Below, one piece after another: positions 43,979 through 52,242 of a DNA stretch of 62,748 bases. Each line of letters begins with the position of its first letter. Position 1 is the stretch's first letter. The DNA comes from Minisyncoccia bacterium (GTDB lineage: Bacteria > Patescibacteriota > Minisyncoccia > Phycocordibacterales > UBA9973): positions 1 through 62,748 of the forward strand of contig JBAQFO010000003.1 of assembly GCA_049287305.1 (NCBI GenBank). The letters are read 5' to 3'. Position numbers and translations under genes: made by a program. The notes under the pieces are model-generated. The model was not told the origin of the DNA. It saw only the letters and a program-made list of their open reading frames with translations, and made no database searches.

Positions 43979-45253
43979 ATGTTTAATATCTTTTTAATTA
44001 TTTCCCTCATACTGATAAACGGCATTTTCTCCATGAGTGAAATAGCCATGGTTTCTTCCCGAAAATTCAAGCTTGAAACCGCAAGTAAAAATGGTAGCAA
44101 GCGCGCCAAGCAGGCTCTTGAGCTGGCTAATAATCCAAATCGTTTTCTTTCAACTATCCAAATAGGCATCACCCTTATTGGTATCGCCATAGGTATACTT
44201 TCCGGAGAAAGTTTGTCCGGAAAATTATCCGAATTTATTTCCTCAATCCCAGTTCTGAGCCAATATGCTTATTCCATATCCATAGTTCTGATAGTTATAA
44301 TCATTACTTTTTTCTCAATTGTCTTTGGCGAGCTCATCCCAAAGCGCATAGGTCTCCTGTTCCCGGAAAAAATAGCCTCGGTGGTCGCGGGCCCAATGCA
44401 CTTACTTTCCCAAATTGCTTCGCCTTTCATATGGCTGCTTAGTTCCACAAATGATTTCTTTTTAAACGTATTCGGAATTAAAAACGGACCGAAAGAAATG
44501 ATAACCGAGGAAGAAATCCGCGCCATTATCCAAGAAGGAACTACGGGAGGTGAAATACAGGAAATAGAACAGGATATCGTGGAGAGAGTTTTTGTGCTCG
44601 GAGACCGCAAGGTGGCGGAGCTTATGACGCACAAGAACGACATGGTCTGGTTTGACATCCGCGATTCAATAACGGAAATCCAAAGAAAAACCCAGCCCGA
44701 ACCACATTCCGTGTATCCTGTCGGCGACGGCACTATTGATAAACTCCTCGGTGTCGTGAGCGCAAAAGATTTATTTACCGGTCTTGGAAATATAAAGTTT
44801 TCACTCCCCGCCTACATAAGGAAGCCTCTTATTGTGCATGAAAACACCCCCGCTTATCGTCTTTTGGAAAAGTTTAAAAAGGCGAGGTGGCATACCGCTC
44901 TTGTGGTAGACGAATACGGAGCACTTCAGGGAATAGTATCAATGGATGACGTCGTAGACGCTCTTTTGGGGGATGTTTCGGAATACAACCAGCAGGAATA
45001 CACGATAACAAGCCGCGATGATGGCACATGGCTGGCGGACGGACAAGTCCCCTACTTTGAATTTTTACATTACTTTGACCTGCCGGACGCGGACGGCGAA
45101 CAAGAATTTAACACAATAGCAGGACTGATACTTGAAGCAGGGGGCCGCATTCCTTCCACCGGAGATAAAATTAATTGGAGCGAATTTACTTTTGAGATTG
45201 TGGACATGGACGGCTCCCGCATTGATAAGGTGCTAATCACTCGCGTAAAATAA
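43979..45253 (+). CDS. Hemolysin/CNNM family protein (DUF21 + CBS pair + CorC_HlyC)
   Basis: Trimmed to the ATG at 43979. INGIFSMSEIA, GELIPKR, a CBS region, and the C-terminal IDKVLI. Confidence 0.8.
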   Translation: MFNIFLIISLILINGIFSMSEIAMVSSRKFKLETASKNGSKRAKQALELANNPNRFLSTIQIGITLIGIAIGILSGESLSGKLSEFISSIPVLSQYAYSISIVLIVIIITFFSIVFGELIPKRIGLLFPEKIASVVAGPMHLLSQIASPFIWLLSSTNDFFLNVFGIKNGPKEMITEEEIRAIIQEGTTGGEIQEIEQDIVERVFVLGDRKVAELMTHKNDMVWFDIRDSITEIQRKTQPEPHSVYPVGDGTIDKLLGVVSAKDLFTGLGNIKFSLPAYIRKPLIVHENTPAYRLLEKFKKARWHTALVVDEYGALQGIVSMDDVVDALLGDVSEYNQQEYTITSRDDGTWLADGQVPYFEFLHYFDLPDADGEQEFNTIAGLILEAGGRIPSTGDKINWSEFTFEIVDMDGSRIDKVLITRVK

Positions 45254-45267
45254 TTGTATTTTGATAA

Positions 45268-45783
45268 CTATTGAGATTTAAATTCGGTAAAAACAACCGC
45301 GGACGGCAATTCAAATCTTGAGTCTTCGGGGGTCCAAGCCTGGCAATCATAGTCGCCCACTTGTTCCGCGCTCCAGCTGTAAGTGCCTTGGGCTTCCGCT
45401 TCGACAGCTGCTTCGGTTTTTATTTTTATTCCCATGTTAGGCGCAAAAGATGACCAGTTATACATGTATCCGTCTTTCATTACAAAATAGCTTTCCATTG
45501 TTGTCCCTTCCGCGACAGTGCTAAATTGTCCGCTTAATTTGTTACCACTCATATACACTGTTCCGGAATTTTCAAAATCACTCATGCTTTGCTTAACTTC
45601 ACACTTATAGGAACCTCCTTGCTTCACAAGTTCGCTAAACGCCATTTTCTTTCCCGATGCATCTTTGACAGCTTCTTCGTTCTGAGCTGGTGGATTTTCA
45701 ACGGGAGACTTGGATTTTAACGCAAGGTATCCTCCGACAACCACCGCTGCAACCAAAACTACTGAAATTAATGTTTTAGACAT
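45268..45783 (-). CDS. Secreted hypothetical protein
   Basis: Signal/TM segment MSKTLISVVLVAAVVVGGYLA. No family was recognised. Confidence 0.5.
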   Translation of the reverse strand: MSKTLISVVLVAAVVVGGYLALKSKSPVENPPAQNEEAVKDASGKKMAFSELVKQGGSYKCEVKQSMSDFENSGTVYMSGNKLSGQFSTVAEGTTMESYFVMKDGYMYNWSSFAPNMGIKIKTEAAVEAEAQGTYSWSAEQVGDYDCQAWTPEDSRFELPSAVVFTEFKSQ

Positions 45784-45853
45784 AAATTTTATATTGTTAT
45801 AATTAATAATATTATTGTAACACAGGCGAATCTTTTACATTTAATATCACAGC

Positions 45854-46273
45854 CTATCTTTCGGACCTTAAAGCTATCAGCGCCAGAACCAATATGTAAA
45901 TTATGTGTTCGTCAATAAGCGGGTTGTTTTCGGGCATAAGCAGTGAAAGATACATGAAAAACATCATAAGCGCCCCCGCGGCACAGCCCCACTTTATAAA
46001 CTTACTGAATATGAGAGTGACACCGACAAAGAAAAGTCCGAGCATAAACAGCCAGTCCACCAGAGCTACGCCCGACAAGCTGTTAAAAATTTCCATAAAC
46101 GGACCGCGAACCGCCGAAGAAAGGAAGCCGGCAGTCGGAGAGACACCGTTAATCCAGGAATTTTCCGCCTGTGTGGCAAAACCCAGTCCAAATGTTTTAT
46201 CTAAAAACGCCCATAGAAAAATAAATCCCATTGATAAACGCAACCCCGTCATTACGATTTTTTGTTTACTCAT
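45854..46273 (-). CDS. DoxX/DoxD-like membrane protein
   Basis: LRLSMGFIFLWAFLDKTFG and four transmembrane helices. Confidence 0.55.
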   Translation of the reverse strand: MSKQKIVMTGLRLSMGFIFLWAFLDKTFGLGFATQAENSWINGVSPTAGFLSSAVRGPFMEIFNSLSGVALVDWLFMLGLFFVGVTLIFSKFIKWGCAAGALMMFFMYLSLLMPENNPLIDEHIIYILVLALIALRSER

Positions 46274-46320
46274 ACTTGTAAAAATTAAAAGCCTATTCCA
46301 GTTTATTGTTAATAAAATTT

Positions 46321-46506
46321 CTATTGCTTAAGCGATACGACAATTATGTATATCGCCAAAATTACCCCAATAACAGCCAAAATAAAACTGTATCGGAAAA
46401 ATATCTCTCCCCAAAATGCCCCTATCGCGACACCAATAGCAAGCAGGGCCAATTTAAATATCCCTATTTGCCACCAGCTATAGGTATAATTTTTAAAAAT
46501 TTTCAT
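46321..46506 (-). CDS. Small two-TM membrane protein
   Basis: 61-aa hydrophobic ORF. Confidence 0.4.
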   Translation of the reverse strand: MKIFKNYTYSWWQIGIFKLALLAIGVAIGAFWGEIFFRYSFILAVIGVILAIYIIVVSLKQ

Positions 46507-46535
46507 TTTTATATTATACCACCAATATTCGCGGT

Positions 46536-46886
46536 CTAGGCAACGGAATTGTCGCTCACTCCTTTTTCAATCTCCGAAATCTCCTCGGCTGTGGGTGAAG
46601 TGTTTTTTGCAAAAACCGTTAATTCCTTTTGTTTGCGCAACTCCTCCGCTAAATTCTGATTTTCCTTTTTTAAACTTTTATATTTAAAATAGTTGCTTAT
46701 AAATTCCGGAAGCAACAGGAAAACCGCAATCATTAACCCCGAGGTCATGGCCAGCAATAAAACCAGCGCCAAGGACCCAGTCAGCTGCCAAGAGAAAAAA
46801 TTTACGGTAATAACCGCAATATTTTGCAAAGCGAAAACGACAGACACCGCGCCGAGCAATAAACCAAGGATAAAAAGTATAATCAT
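46536..46886 (-). CDS. LapA-domain (DUF1049) membrane protein
   Basis: GAVSVVFALQNIAVITVNFFSWQLTGSLALVLL. Confidence 0.65.
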   Translation of the reverse strand: MIILFILGLLLGAVSVVFALQNIAVITVNFFSWQLTGSLALVLLLAMTSGLMIAVFLLLPEFISNYFKYKSLKKENQNLAEELRKQKELTVFAKNTSPTAEEISEIEKGVSDNSVA

Positions 46887-46950
46887 TTACCTATTATATC
46901 ACATATCACACTTATGCCGGCTAATAGCCCGGAGCCACAACGGAATCATT

Positions 46951-47751
46951 TTAATTTATTTTCAATATATCCTTTTTAAAATGCTTCAGGTAAGCGACTA
47001 AAATGAAGCTTATTATAACCATCAAAAACCATGAGGTTATTTTTTGAGTGGAGACAACGGTCCAGGTGTGAATTTGGTCGGGATATTTCCAGGCACCCAG
47101 AGCGGTGGATATATTTTCAGCAACCCATATAAAAAATGCGATAAGAATAAATCCCAGATTTAACGGCATGAATCGAGGGATATTCGTCACCGTAAAATAA
47201 ACTCTGGTCTTCCAAAAGAAAATAAAAACGAAAGCTATCAAAAATGTTCTGAAATCGTAAATATAGTGATTAGTGAAAAAATTTACATAAATTAGCAAGC
47301 ACAGAAAAACACTTAGCAGGTAATGTTTGTAGTTCGTTAGTTCGAGTTTAAATATTTTCCACGCTTGGCTGATATAGCTTCCGACAGCCGCATACATGAA
47401 TCCGCTATATAACGGCACGGTGGCAATTTTGAAAAATCCGCTTTCGGGATAACTCCAGGAGCCAACTCCGGGACTTGTTTTATAGAGCTCCAGCACCAGC
47501 CCAATAAAATGGAACAACAAAATAACTTTCACTTCGTCTTTAGTTTCTAGTTTTGTGAAGTAAAGCACTGCTTGTATTAAGACAGCGGCTAGAAAAAGAA
47601 AATCATAACGCGCCAGCCCAAAAAGAGGGATGTGATTGGAAATGAAAAGAAGAACAAAAAACGACCCCGCAAATATTGCCGCTCGGGCCTGCTTGAAACC
47701 GAAAACCAAAAATTCTTTTCCCCATAATTTTAGTAAGTTTGTTAAATTCAT
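46951..47751 (-). CDS. DUF817 family integral membrane protein
   Basis: Trimmed to the ATG at 47751. FGFKQARAAIFAG...ARYDFLFLAAVLIQ...LLFHFIGLVLELYKT...GSWSYPE...PLYSGFMYAAVGSY. Confidence 0.75.
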   Translation of the reverse strand: MNLTNLLKLWGKEFLVFGFKQARAAIFAGSFFVLLFISNHIPLFGLARYDFLFLAAVLIQAVLYFTKLETKDEVKVILLFHFIGLVLELYKTSPGVGSWSYPESGFFKIATVPLYSGFMYAAVGSYISQAWKIFKLELTNYKHYLLSVFLCLLIYVNFFTNHYIYDFRTFLIAFVFIFFWKTRVYFTVTNIPRFMPLNLGFILIAFFIWVAENISTALGAWKYPDQIHTWTVVSTQKITSWFLMVIISFILVAYLKHFKKDILKIN

Positions 47752-47764
47752 GAATATTTTCGGA

Positions 47765-47823
47765 GCAAGATATCGGGGCTCAATCCGCCAGACTCTTATT
47801 GCTAATTTTCTATACAAGGCTGG
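47765..47823. repeat. 59-bp direct repeat, left copy (attL-like)
   Basis: Matches 49266-49324 at 58 of 59 positions (A at 47772 versus G at 49273). Confidence 0.9.
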
Positions 47824-47951
47824 CCTCATCGGTCGTAAAGTCCGAGACCTTGCCCCACAAGGGCAGTTTGGCTGATTTCATTTTACCATAACGACGCTCC
47901 TCGGAACGACTAAAAAGCGACAAATGCGACACTAACCCCACCCCGCAATGC

Positions 47952-47980
47952 TGGACAGAACAGCGAGTTTATGTTAAAAT
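47952..47980 (+). promoter_or_regulatory. Promoter of the island two-gene cassette
   Basis: TGGACA (47952-47957), a 17-nt spacer, then TAAAAT (47975-47980). Confidence 0.45.
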
Positions 47981-48000
47981 AATCTATGAAAGGGGGGCTT

Positions 48001-48372
48001 ATGGCCTCATTGAAAACAGAAGACGTCCAACGCTTTAAAGGCGGACGGATTCAAATCGAAAACGCAAACGAGGGTCATCTCTACTATGGGCAAGTGGAGA
48101 CGATTCACGTCGACGAAGGCGACGGCGAAAAGATGCTGGTGATCACGTTCACTTGGCTGGCGGAAGGCCAGGGGTACCCGCCGACTGCCCGTAAGTGGGT
48201 GGTCAAGCGTGATCTTCTCACCTACGACGCCAACCTGGAAATCTACCAGGTCAAGACGACCAGCAGTCACTGCATCACTCTCACTTCATGGATGAACGTG
48301 GATGAAGTGACGCTCCATGTGCCCAGCTGTGCAATCATCCCACTTAACCCCTCCGACGTCGAGGGTCTGTAA
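48001..48372 (+). CDS. Hypothetical protein, 123 aa (GC-rich island gene A)
   Basis: The ATG at 48001 is preceded by AAAGGGGGG. No family was recognised. Confidence 0.6.
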   Translation: MASLKTEDVQRFKGGRIQIENANEGHLYYGQVETIHVDEGDGEKMLVITFTWLAEGQGYPPTARKWVVKRDLLTYDANLEIYQVKTTSSHCITLTSWMNVDEVTLHVPSCAIIPLNPSDVEGL

Positions 48373-48423
48373 GTGCAAGTCGCGTAAGTCAACCAACAAC
48401 CAACTTTCAACAGGAGGTCTCCG

Positions 48424-48672
48424 ATGCAGGGAAGCAAGCAACAACTGCGTATCCATGCCCAAGGTTCTGTGGTTGCGGACGGTACTTTGTCTGACATCGT
48501 CACGAAGGTCCTCGAAGGTGTCGGTGGCACCATTGCCGGAACCGATGTCACCACTGTCATCGTGTATGTCGAAGTCGACATTCCCGATGGTGCCCCCAGG
48601 AAGAAGCTGAATCCGGACATTGCACGGCTCCGCAAAGAGCTCGGTCGCAATGTCACCGCAATCCACTTCTAA
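48424..48672 (+). CDS. Hypothetical protein, 82 aa (GC-rich island gene B)
   Basis: The ATG is preceded by AGGAGG at -11. No family was recognised. Confidence 0.6.
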   Translation: MQGSKQQLRIHAQGSVVADGTLSDIVTKVLEGVGGTIAGTDVTTVIVYVEVDIPDGAPRKKLNPDIARLRKELGRNVTAIHF

Positions 48673-48790
48673 CGGTGCAACTCCGATGCGGGCGGCAAAC
48701 ACTCCGCCGTGAGTTGACCGGCGGAGTGGAGCTCATGAGTTCTTTAAAAATCGTGTTAGTAAAACGCGAACCTTATAGGGTTCCGTATGA

Positions 48791-48831
48791 GCCCTGTGAG
48801 TAAAAGAACTCTCGCAGGGCTTTTTCTTTTT
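48791..48831 (+). terminator. Intrinsic terminator of the island cassette
   Basis: GCCCTGTGAG-N10-CTCGCAGGGC followed by TTTTTCTTTTT. Confidence 0.75.
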
Positions 48832-48864
48832 CAATTTACACTATTGACAGATGTGGATAACTCG

Positions 48865-48894
48865 TTGCATTGTTTTTTACGATCATGATATAAT
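48865..48894 (+). promoter_or_regulatory. Promoter for the candidate ncRNA
   Basis: TTGCAT (48865-48870), an 18-nt spacer, then an extended -10 box TGATATAAT (48886-48894). A perfect DnaA-box 9-mer TGTGGATAA lies at 48852-48860 just upstream. Confidence 0.45.
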
Positions 48895-48899
48895 ACTCA

Positions 48900-49123
48900 C
48901 AGTTCTTTTCATGAAAAAAGTTTACACCTTACTCTCTTCGGAGAGCAGATAGTCCCGACCGAAAGGCCACTGTGTCAAAAAAATTTCTAGAGGGGTTATC
49001 GTAAGGATTACGCATTAAAGTTATAAGTTGTGGGGTCACCGCACTAAAAAATAATTTAGAACAGATCGTAATCAAGGCTTAATAAACATTCGACCGTTTA
49101 TTGACTCTTGATTGCGATTTTTT
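48900..49123 (+). ncRNA. Candidate ~220-nt non-coding RNA of unknown class
   Basis: It lies between the promoter above and a long hairpin with a T-run (ATCGTAATCAAG 49065-49076 / CTTGATTGCGAT 49107-49118, then TTTTT). It includes a CTCTC-TTCG-GAGAG tetraloop hairpin (48933-48946). The only ORF is 13 codons long. Confidence 0.35.
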
Positions 49124-49265
49124 GGTAATTAGACAAAAAATCAAATCTAGTGAAAAGAACTAAATTATTAATTAGTAATTTAGTTCTGTATGAAAAACAA
49201 AAAATTGGTTTGGGTAACGGAGAAGAGGTGTGTGAAAGATTTACTGCCGTTCAAGCAAAATCCTC

Positions 49266-49324
49266 GCAAGATGTCGGGGCTCAATCCGCCAGACTCTTAT
49301 TGCTAATTTTCTATACAAGGCTGG
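49266..49324. repeat. 59-bp direct repeat, right copy (attR-like), overlapping the tRNA-Gln 3' end by 4 nt
   Basis: See 47765-47823. Confidence 0.9.
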
Positions 49325-49391
49325 GAGACTAGGATTCGAACCTAGATAATATCCTCCAGAGGGATATGTCCTACCATTAGACGATCTCCCA
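49321..49391 (-). tRNA. tRNA-Gln (anticodon CUG)
   Basis: The reverse complement is TGGGAGA-TC-GTC..GAC-A-TATCC-CTCTGGA-GGATA-TTAT-CTAGG-TTCGAAT-CCTAG-TCTCCCA-G. U1:A72 and G73 match bacterial tRNA-Gln. Confidence 0.9.
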
Positions 49392-49541
49392 GCTTTGAAT
49401 ACAAAACAACAGCAATTTATTTCCCTCAGCCTCGCCCGTAGGCTACGGCCGAAGGACAACCTCGCAGTATTTTTGACTTATTCTCCTAAACTTAGCATAC
49501 TCTGCCTAGAATACAAAGAAGATATTTGATATAATGGCGAA

Positions 49542-49823
49542 ATGAAAGACCAACAGGAAATAAGCGTGGACATGCTGAAGCACCTAGAGAATCTTTCAAA
49601 TAAAGTAAACAAACTGATGGCGAATCGCGCCAAAAACGTATTTCAAAGGTATCCCATTACTTTCGGATTGCTTATATTGTTCGGAGTAATTTCTCTCCAC
49701 GAAGGACTCAAGGGCGCAATGAAAGAACTTGGATTGCTGGATTTAAATCCGTGGTATCTCCTGGTAACGGGCCTGGCGATCCTTGCGATTACCGGTAATT
49801 TGTATAAAAAATTAGAAAAATAA
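49542..49823 (+). CDS. Small membrane protein
   Basis: 93 aa with two hydrophobic helices after a charged N-terminus. Confidence 0.5.
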   Translation: MKDQQEISVDMLKHLENLSNKVNKLMANRAKNVFQRYPITFGLLILFGVISLHEGLKGAMKELGLLDLNPWYLLVTGLAILAITGNLYKKLEK

Positions 49824-49836
49824 TTCTATAGTAAAA

Positions 49837-50202
49837 ATGGCAAAATTCAGAACCGACGAAATGGAGCAAAAATATCTGAAGTATCGCAAAGATGGGCACA
49901 TGAGCAAGGTTTGCAATCTGTGTGAAAAAGCTGCCAGTGTAATAGAGTTTAATCACTGGAAAATTGTTGAAAATATTTTTCCCTGGGACCGAATTGCTAA
50001 AATCCACCATATGATAATCCCTAAAAGACATATAGCTTATGAACAGCTGAACGAAGAAGAGAAGAACGAATTCGACGAAATAAAACTGGGACACATTGAA
50101 CCAAGGTATGAATTTATAATGGAGGCCACAACTAGAATAAAATCAATTCCGCAGCATTTCCATCTTCACTTGATAACTATGAAAGAAGAAACTAAGAAAT
50201 AA
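49837..50202 (+). CDS. HIT-family-like protein
   Basis: Histidine-triad-like PQHFHLHLI near the C-terminus, and HHMIIPKRH. Confidence 0.6.
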   Translation: MAKFRTDEMEQKYLKYRKDGHMSKVCNLCEKAASVIEFNHWKIVENIFPWDRIAKIHHMIIPKRHIAYEQLNEEEKNEFDEIKLGHIEPRYEFIMEATTRIKSIPQHFHLHLITMKEETKK

Positions 50203-50220
50203 CTTAAAAGTCACGGGACT

Positions 50221-50254
50221 AAAAACAAGCACAACAATTGTGCTTGTTTTTTTA
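50221..50254 (+). terminator. Intrinsic terminator
   Basis: AAAAACAAGCACAA-CAA-TTGTGCTTGTTTTTTT. Confidence 0.75.
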
Positions 50255-50475
50255 TTAGAACACACATTAAATTGTCATTAAAATCCTAATGGGACGGCTC
50301 ATTCATTAGGGAGGGGTAGGTCGACTGTTTCTTAAATTATAAAGACTTGTTTTATTCAACTTAAAAACTTGCTTATAACAGCCTTCCTGTCGTTTTTCCG
50401 GAATACGCCGGAAAAATTATAAAAAGAAACTTACTTAAATTATTAAACATTACAAAGATTAATTAAATAAAAATT

Positions 50476-52167
50476 ATGAAAACAATGAAATTAGCAAAAA
50501 AATCACTGGCGGTATTTGCGTTGTTCGCATTTGCTGTCAGTTCGTTCGGAATTCCTGGAAACTTCTCAAAAGTAGCCAACGCGGCGACAACTTGGGACGT
50601 CTCAGGAGCGGGCGACTTAATTATGAGTTTTGAAGGTTCAGACTATACCCATAATGTAAACCTCACCCAGAGTGGTGCAGGTGCCATAGATGGTACTGGA
50701 ACTTCCGGAGCGTATGCTTGGGATATAACTTCTGGCTCAATAGAAGACAATGATCTTACTTTTGACGCCAACTACACAGCAACGGCAGATGCGGTAACTC
50801 CTCAAACAGTTCTTCACGTAGAAGCAACTATCGCACCAGACGGCTCTTTGTCGGGAACATGGTCAGACAACTATCAAGGAGGTGCTAGGTCTGGAGAAGT
50901 ATCCGCAGCAGCTGGATTTGCCACTGAACTCGCTGGTAGCTTAGCCGCTGAAGACTTTGGTGTCATGGATGCAAGCGGAGTAAAGGGCTACACTGCAGGG
51001 TTTGGTTTGACTGATGCGACTTTTGAAGACGCTCAGTCTGTAATAATCAAATTATACTCTGGAGCTACCTTGCTACAAACCAACACATTAAACGGACCAA
51101 ATGCGTCTTCAATAACAGGAGCACAGATATCTTCCCCTTTTGACGTATTCGGAACATTTGATTATGTAGCAGACGGATACTGGAGCAACGCAAGAGAAGC
51201 AGAATACGGACAAACTCTTGTCCCTACTAAAGTAGTAGCAACTGTTGTGCTTGAAAACGGCAAAGAAGTAACAGCTGAAAATACAAATTTAACAGGTGAC
51301 CCTGAAACTATTTTCCCTGAAGGTCCTGCTACAGTAAAAGTTACAATCATGAAACACATTGACGGAGCGATGGCAACTGCCCTATCTGCCAACAACACTA
51401 GCTTCCCTATGGTTTCTAGTTGGGACGCTGAAAATATAGGTGCAGGCTCAGGAAGCTACTCGTTGGCTGCTGGCAACCCAACCGCCTACACAGCTGTCAC
51501 AGCAGACATGACTTCCGGGGCAGACTACTCTACCAACGAAGTCACTGACACTGATGCTGTAGGCACAAGCTGTTTAGTAGAAGGGACAGATTACGCGCTT
51601 ATAGGCTATACCACTGGGGACACTATGTCTGCCGCCGAGGAAGCAACCCCAAGCATGACATCTCCTGCTTTCACAAATATTACTTCAGACAAGTTCGTAA
51701 TTGTTTGGAATGATAATTGTGCGACTGACGGCGACGTTGGTGGCGACATTGGTGGAGACGTAGTTTCCGGAGACGGAGTTTTGGAAGTTACATCTATTGA
51801 AACACTAGACTCTTCAGCCATCGCCAACGGCAACTTTGAAGATGGTTGGGAATATGTATTCAATATAACCGTTCCATCGGATGAACCGGACCTAGCAATG
51901 AAATTCTCCAACTGGTTAAGAACAGGAGGAAGTGAAACAATTCCTGCTGCAAACAATATTAGAATTTCTTCTCCTCAGGCAAATAATGGTGGAGCAACGG
52001 TTCTTATAACCGCGGCAGATACCTACTCTTCTCCTGACTTGCACATGACCGGAGACCTTAACCCATCATTGGATGGAAAACAAATACAAGTTAAAGTGGA
52101 AGTTAGAATTCCTGTCGGAACTACAAATGGATCTTACGCCACTCATTACGGAGTCCAATCTCTCTAA
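50476..52167 (+). CDS. Large secreted protein of unknown function
   Basis: Signal peptide MKTMKLAKKSLAVFALFAFAVSSFG...ANA. T/S/G/A-rich and beta-like. No family was recognised. Confidence 0.65.
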   Translation: MKTMKLAKKSLAVFALFAFAVSSFGIPGNFSKVANAATTWDVSGAGDLIMSFEGSDYTHNVNLTQSGAGAIDGTGTSGAYAWDITSGSIEDNDLTFDANYTATADAVTPQTVLHVEATIAPDGSLSGTWSDNYQGGARSGEVSAAAGFATELAGSLAAEDFGVMDASGVKGYTAGFGLTDATFEDAQSVIIKLYSGATLLQTNTLNGPNASSITGAQISSPFDVFGTFDYVADGYWSNAREAEYGQTLVPTKVVATVVLENGKEVTAENTNLTGDPETIFPEGPATVKVTIMKHIDGAMATALSANNTSFPMVSSWDAENIGAGSGSYSLAAGNPTAYTAVTADMTSGADYSTNEVTDTDAVGTSCLVEGTDYALIGYTTGDTMSAAEEATPSMTSPAFTNITSDKFVIVWNDNCATDGDVGGDIGGDVVSGDGVLEVTSIETLDSSAIANGNFEDGWEYVFNITVPSDEPDLAMKFSNWLRTGGSETIPAANNIRISSPQANNGGATVLITAADTYSSPDLHMTGDLNPSLDGKQIQVKVEVRIPVGTTNGSYATHYGVQSL

Positions 52168-52194
52168 GGTAAGATAGTTGAAAATTTCCGCAAC

Positions 52195-52224
52195 AAAAAA
52201 ATCCGCACTTCGCGGATTTTTTTG
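52195..52224. terminator. Bidirectional terminator between convergent genes
   Basis: AAAAAAATCCGC-ACTTC-GCGGATTTTTTT. Confidence 0.75.
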
Positions 52225-52242
52225 TTTATTTATTTTGAATTT

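Larger units (their letters stand above)
47824..49265. mobile_element. Miniature genomic island or integration remnant next to tRNA-Gln, with no recombinase
   Basis: Bounded by the 59-bp direct repeats. It contains the only GC-rich plus-strand genes in this neighbourhood plus an AT-rich repeat-laden non-coding segment. Confidence 0.5.

Noticed and set aside
48267-48702. Minus-strand ORFs of 129 and 138 aa antisense to island genes A and B.
   Set aside because: They are GC-driven open frames with no ribosome-binding sites. The plus-strand genes have strong Shine-Dalgarno sites, a promoter and a terminator.
49150-49459. ORFs 49150-49332 (+) and 49241-49459 (-).
   Set aside because: They run through the 59-bp direct repeat and the tRNA-Gln gene. 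The apparent similarity of 49241-49459 to the 5' extension of 46951-47829 is simply the translated repeat.
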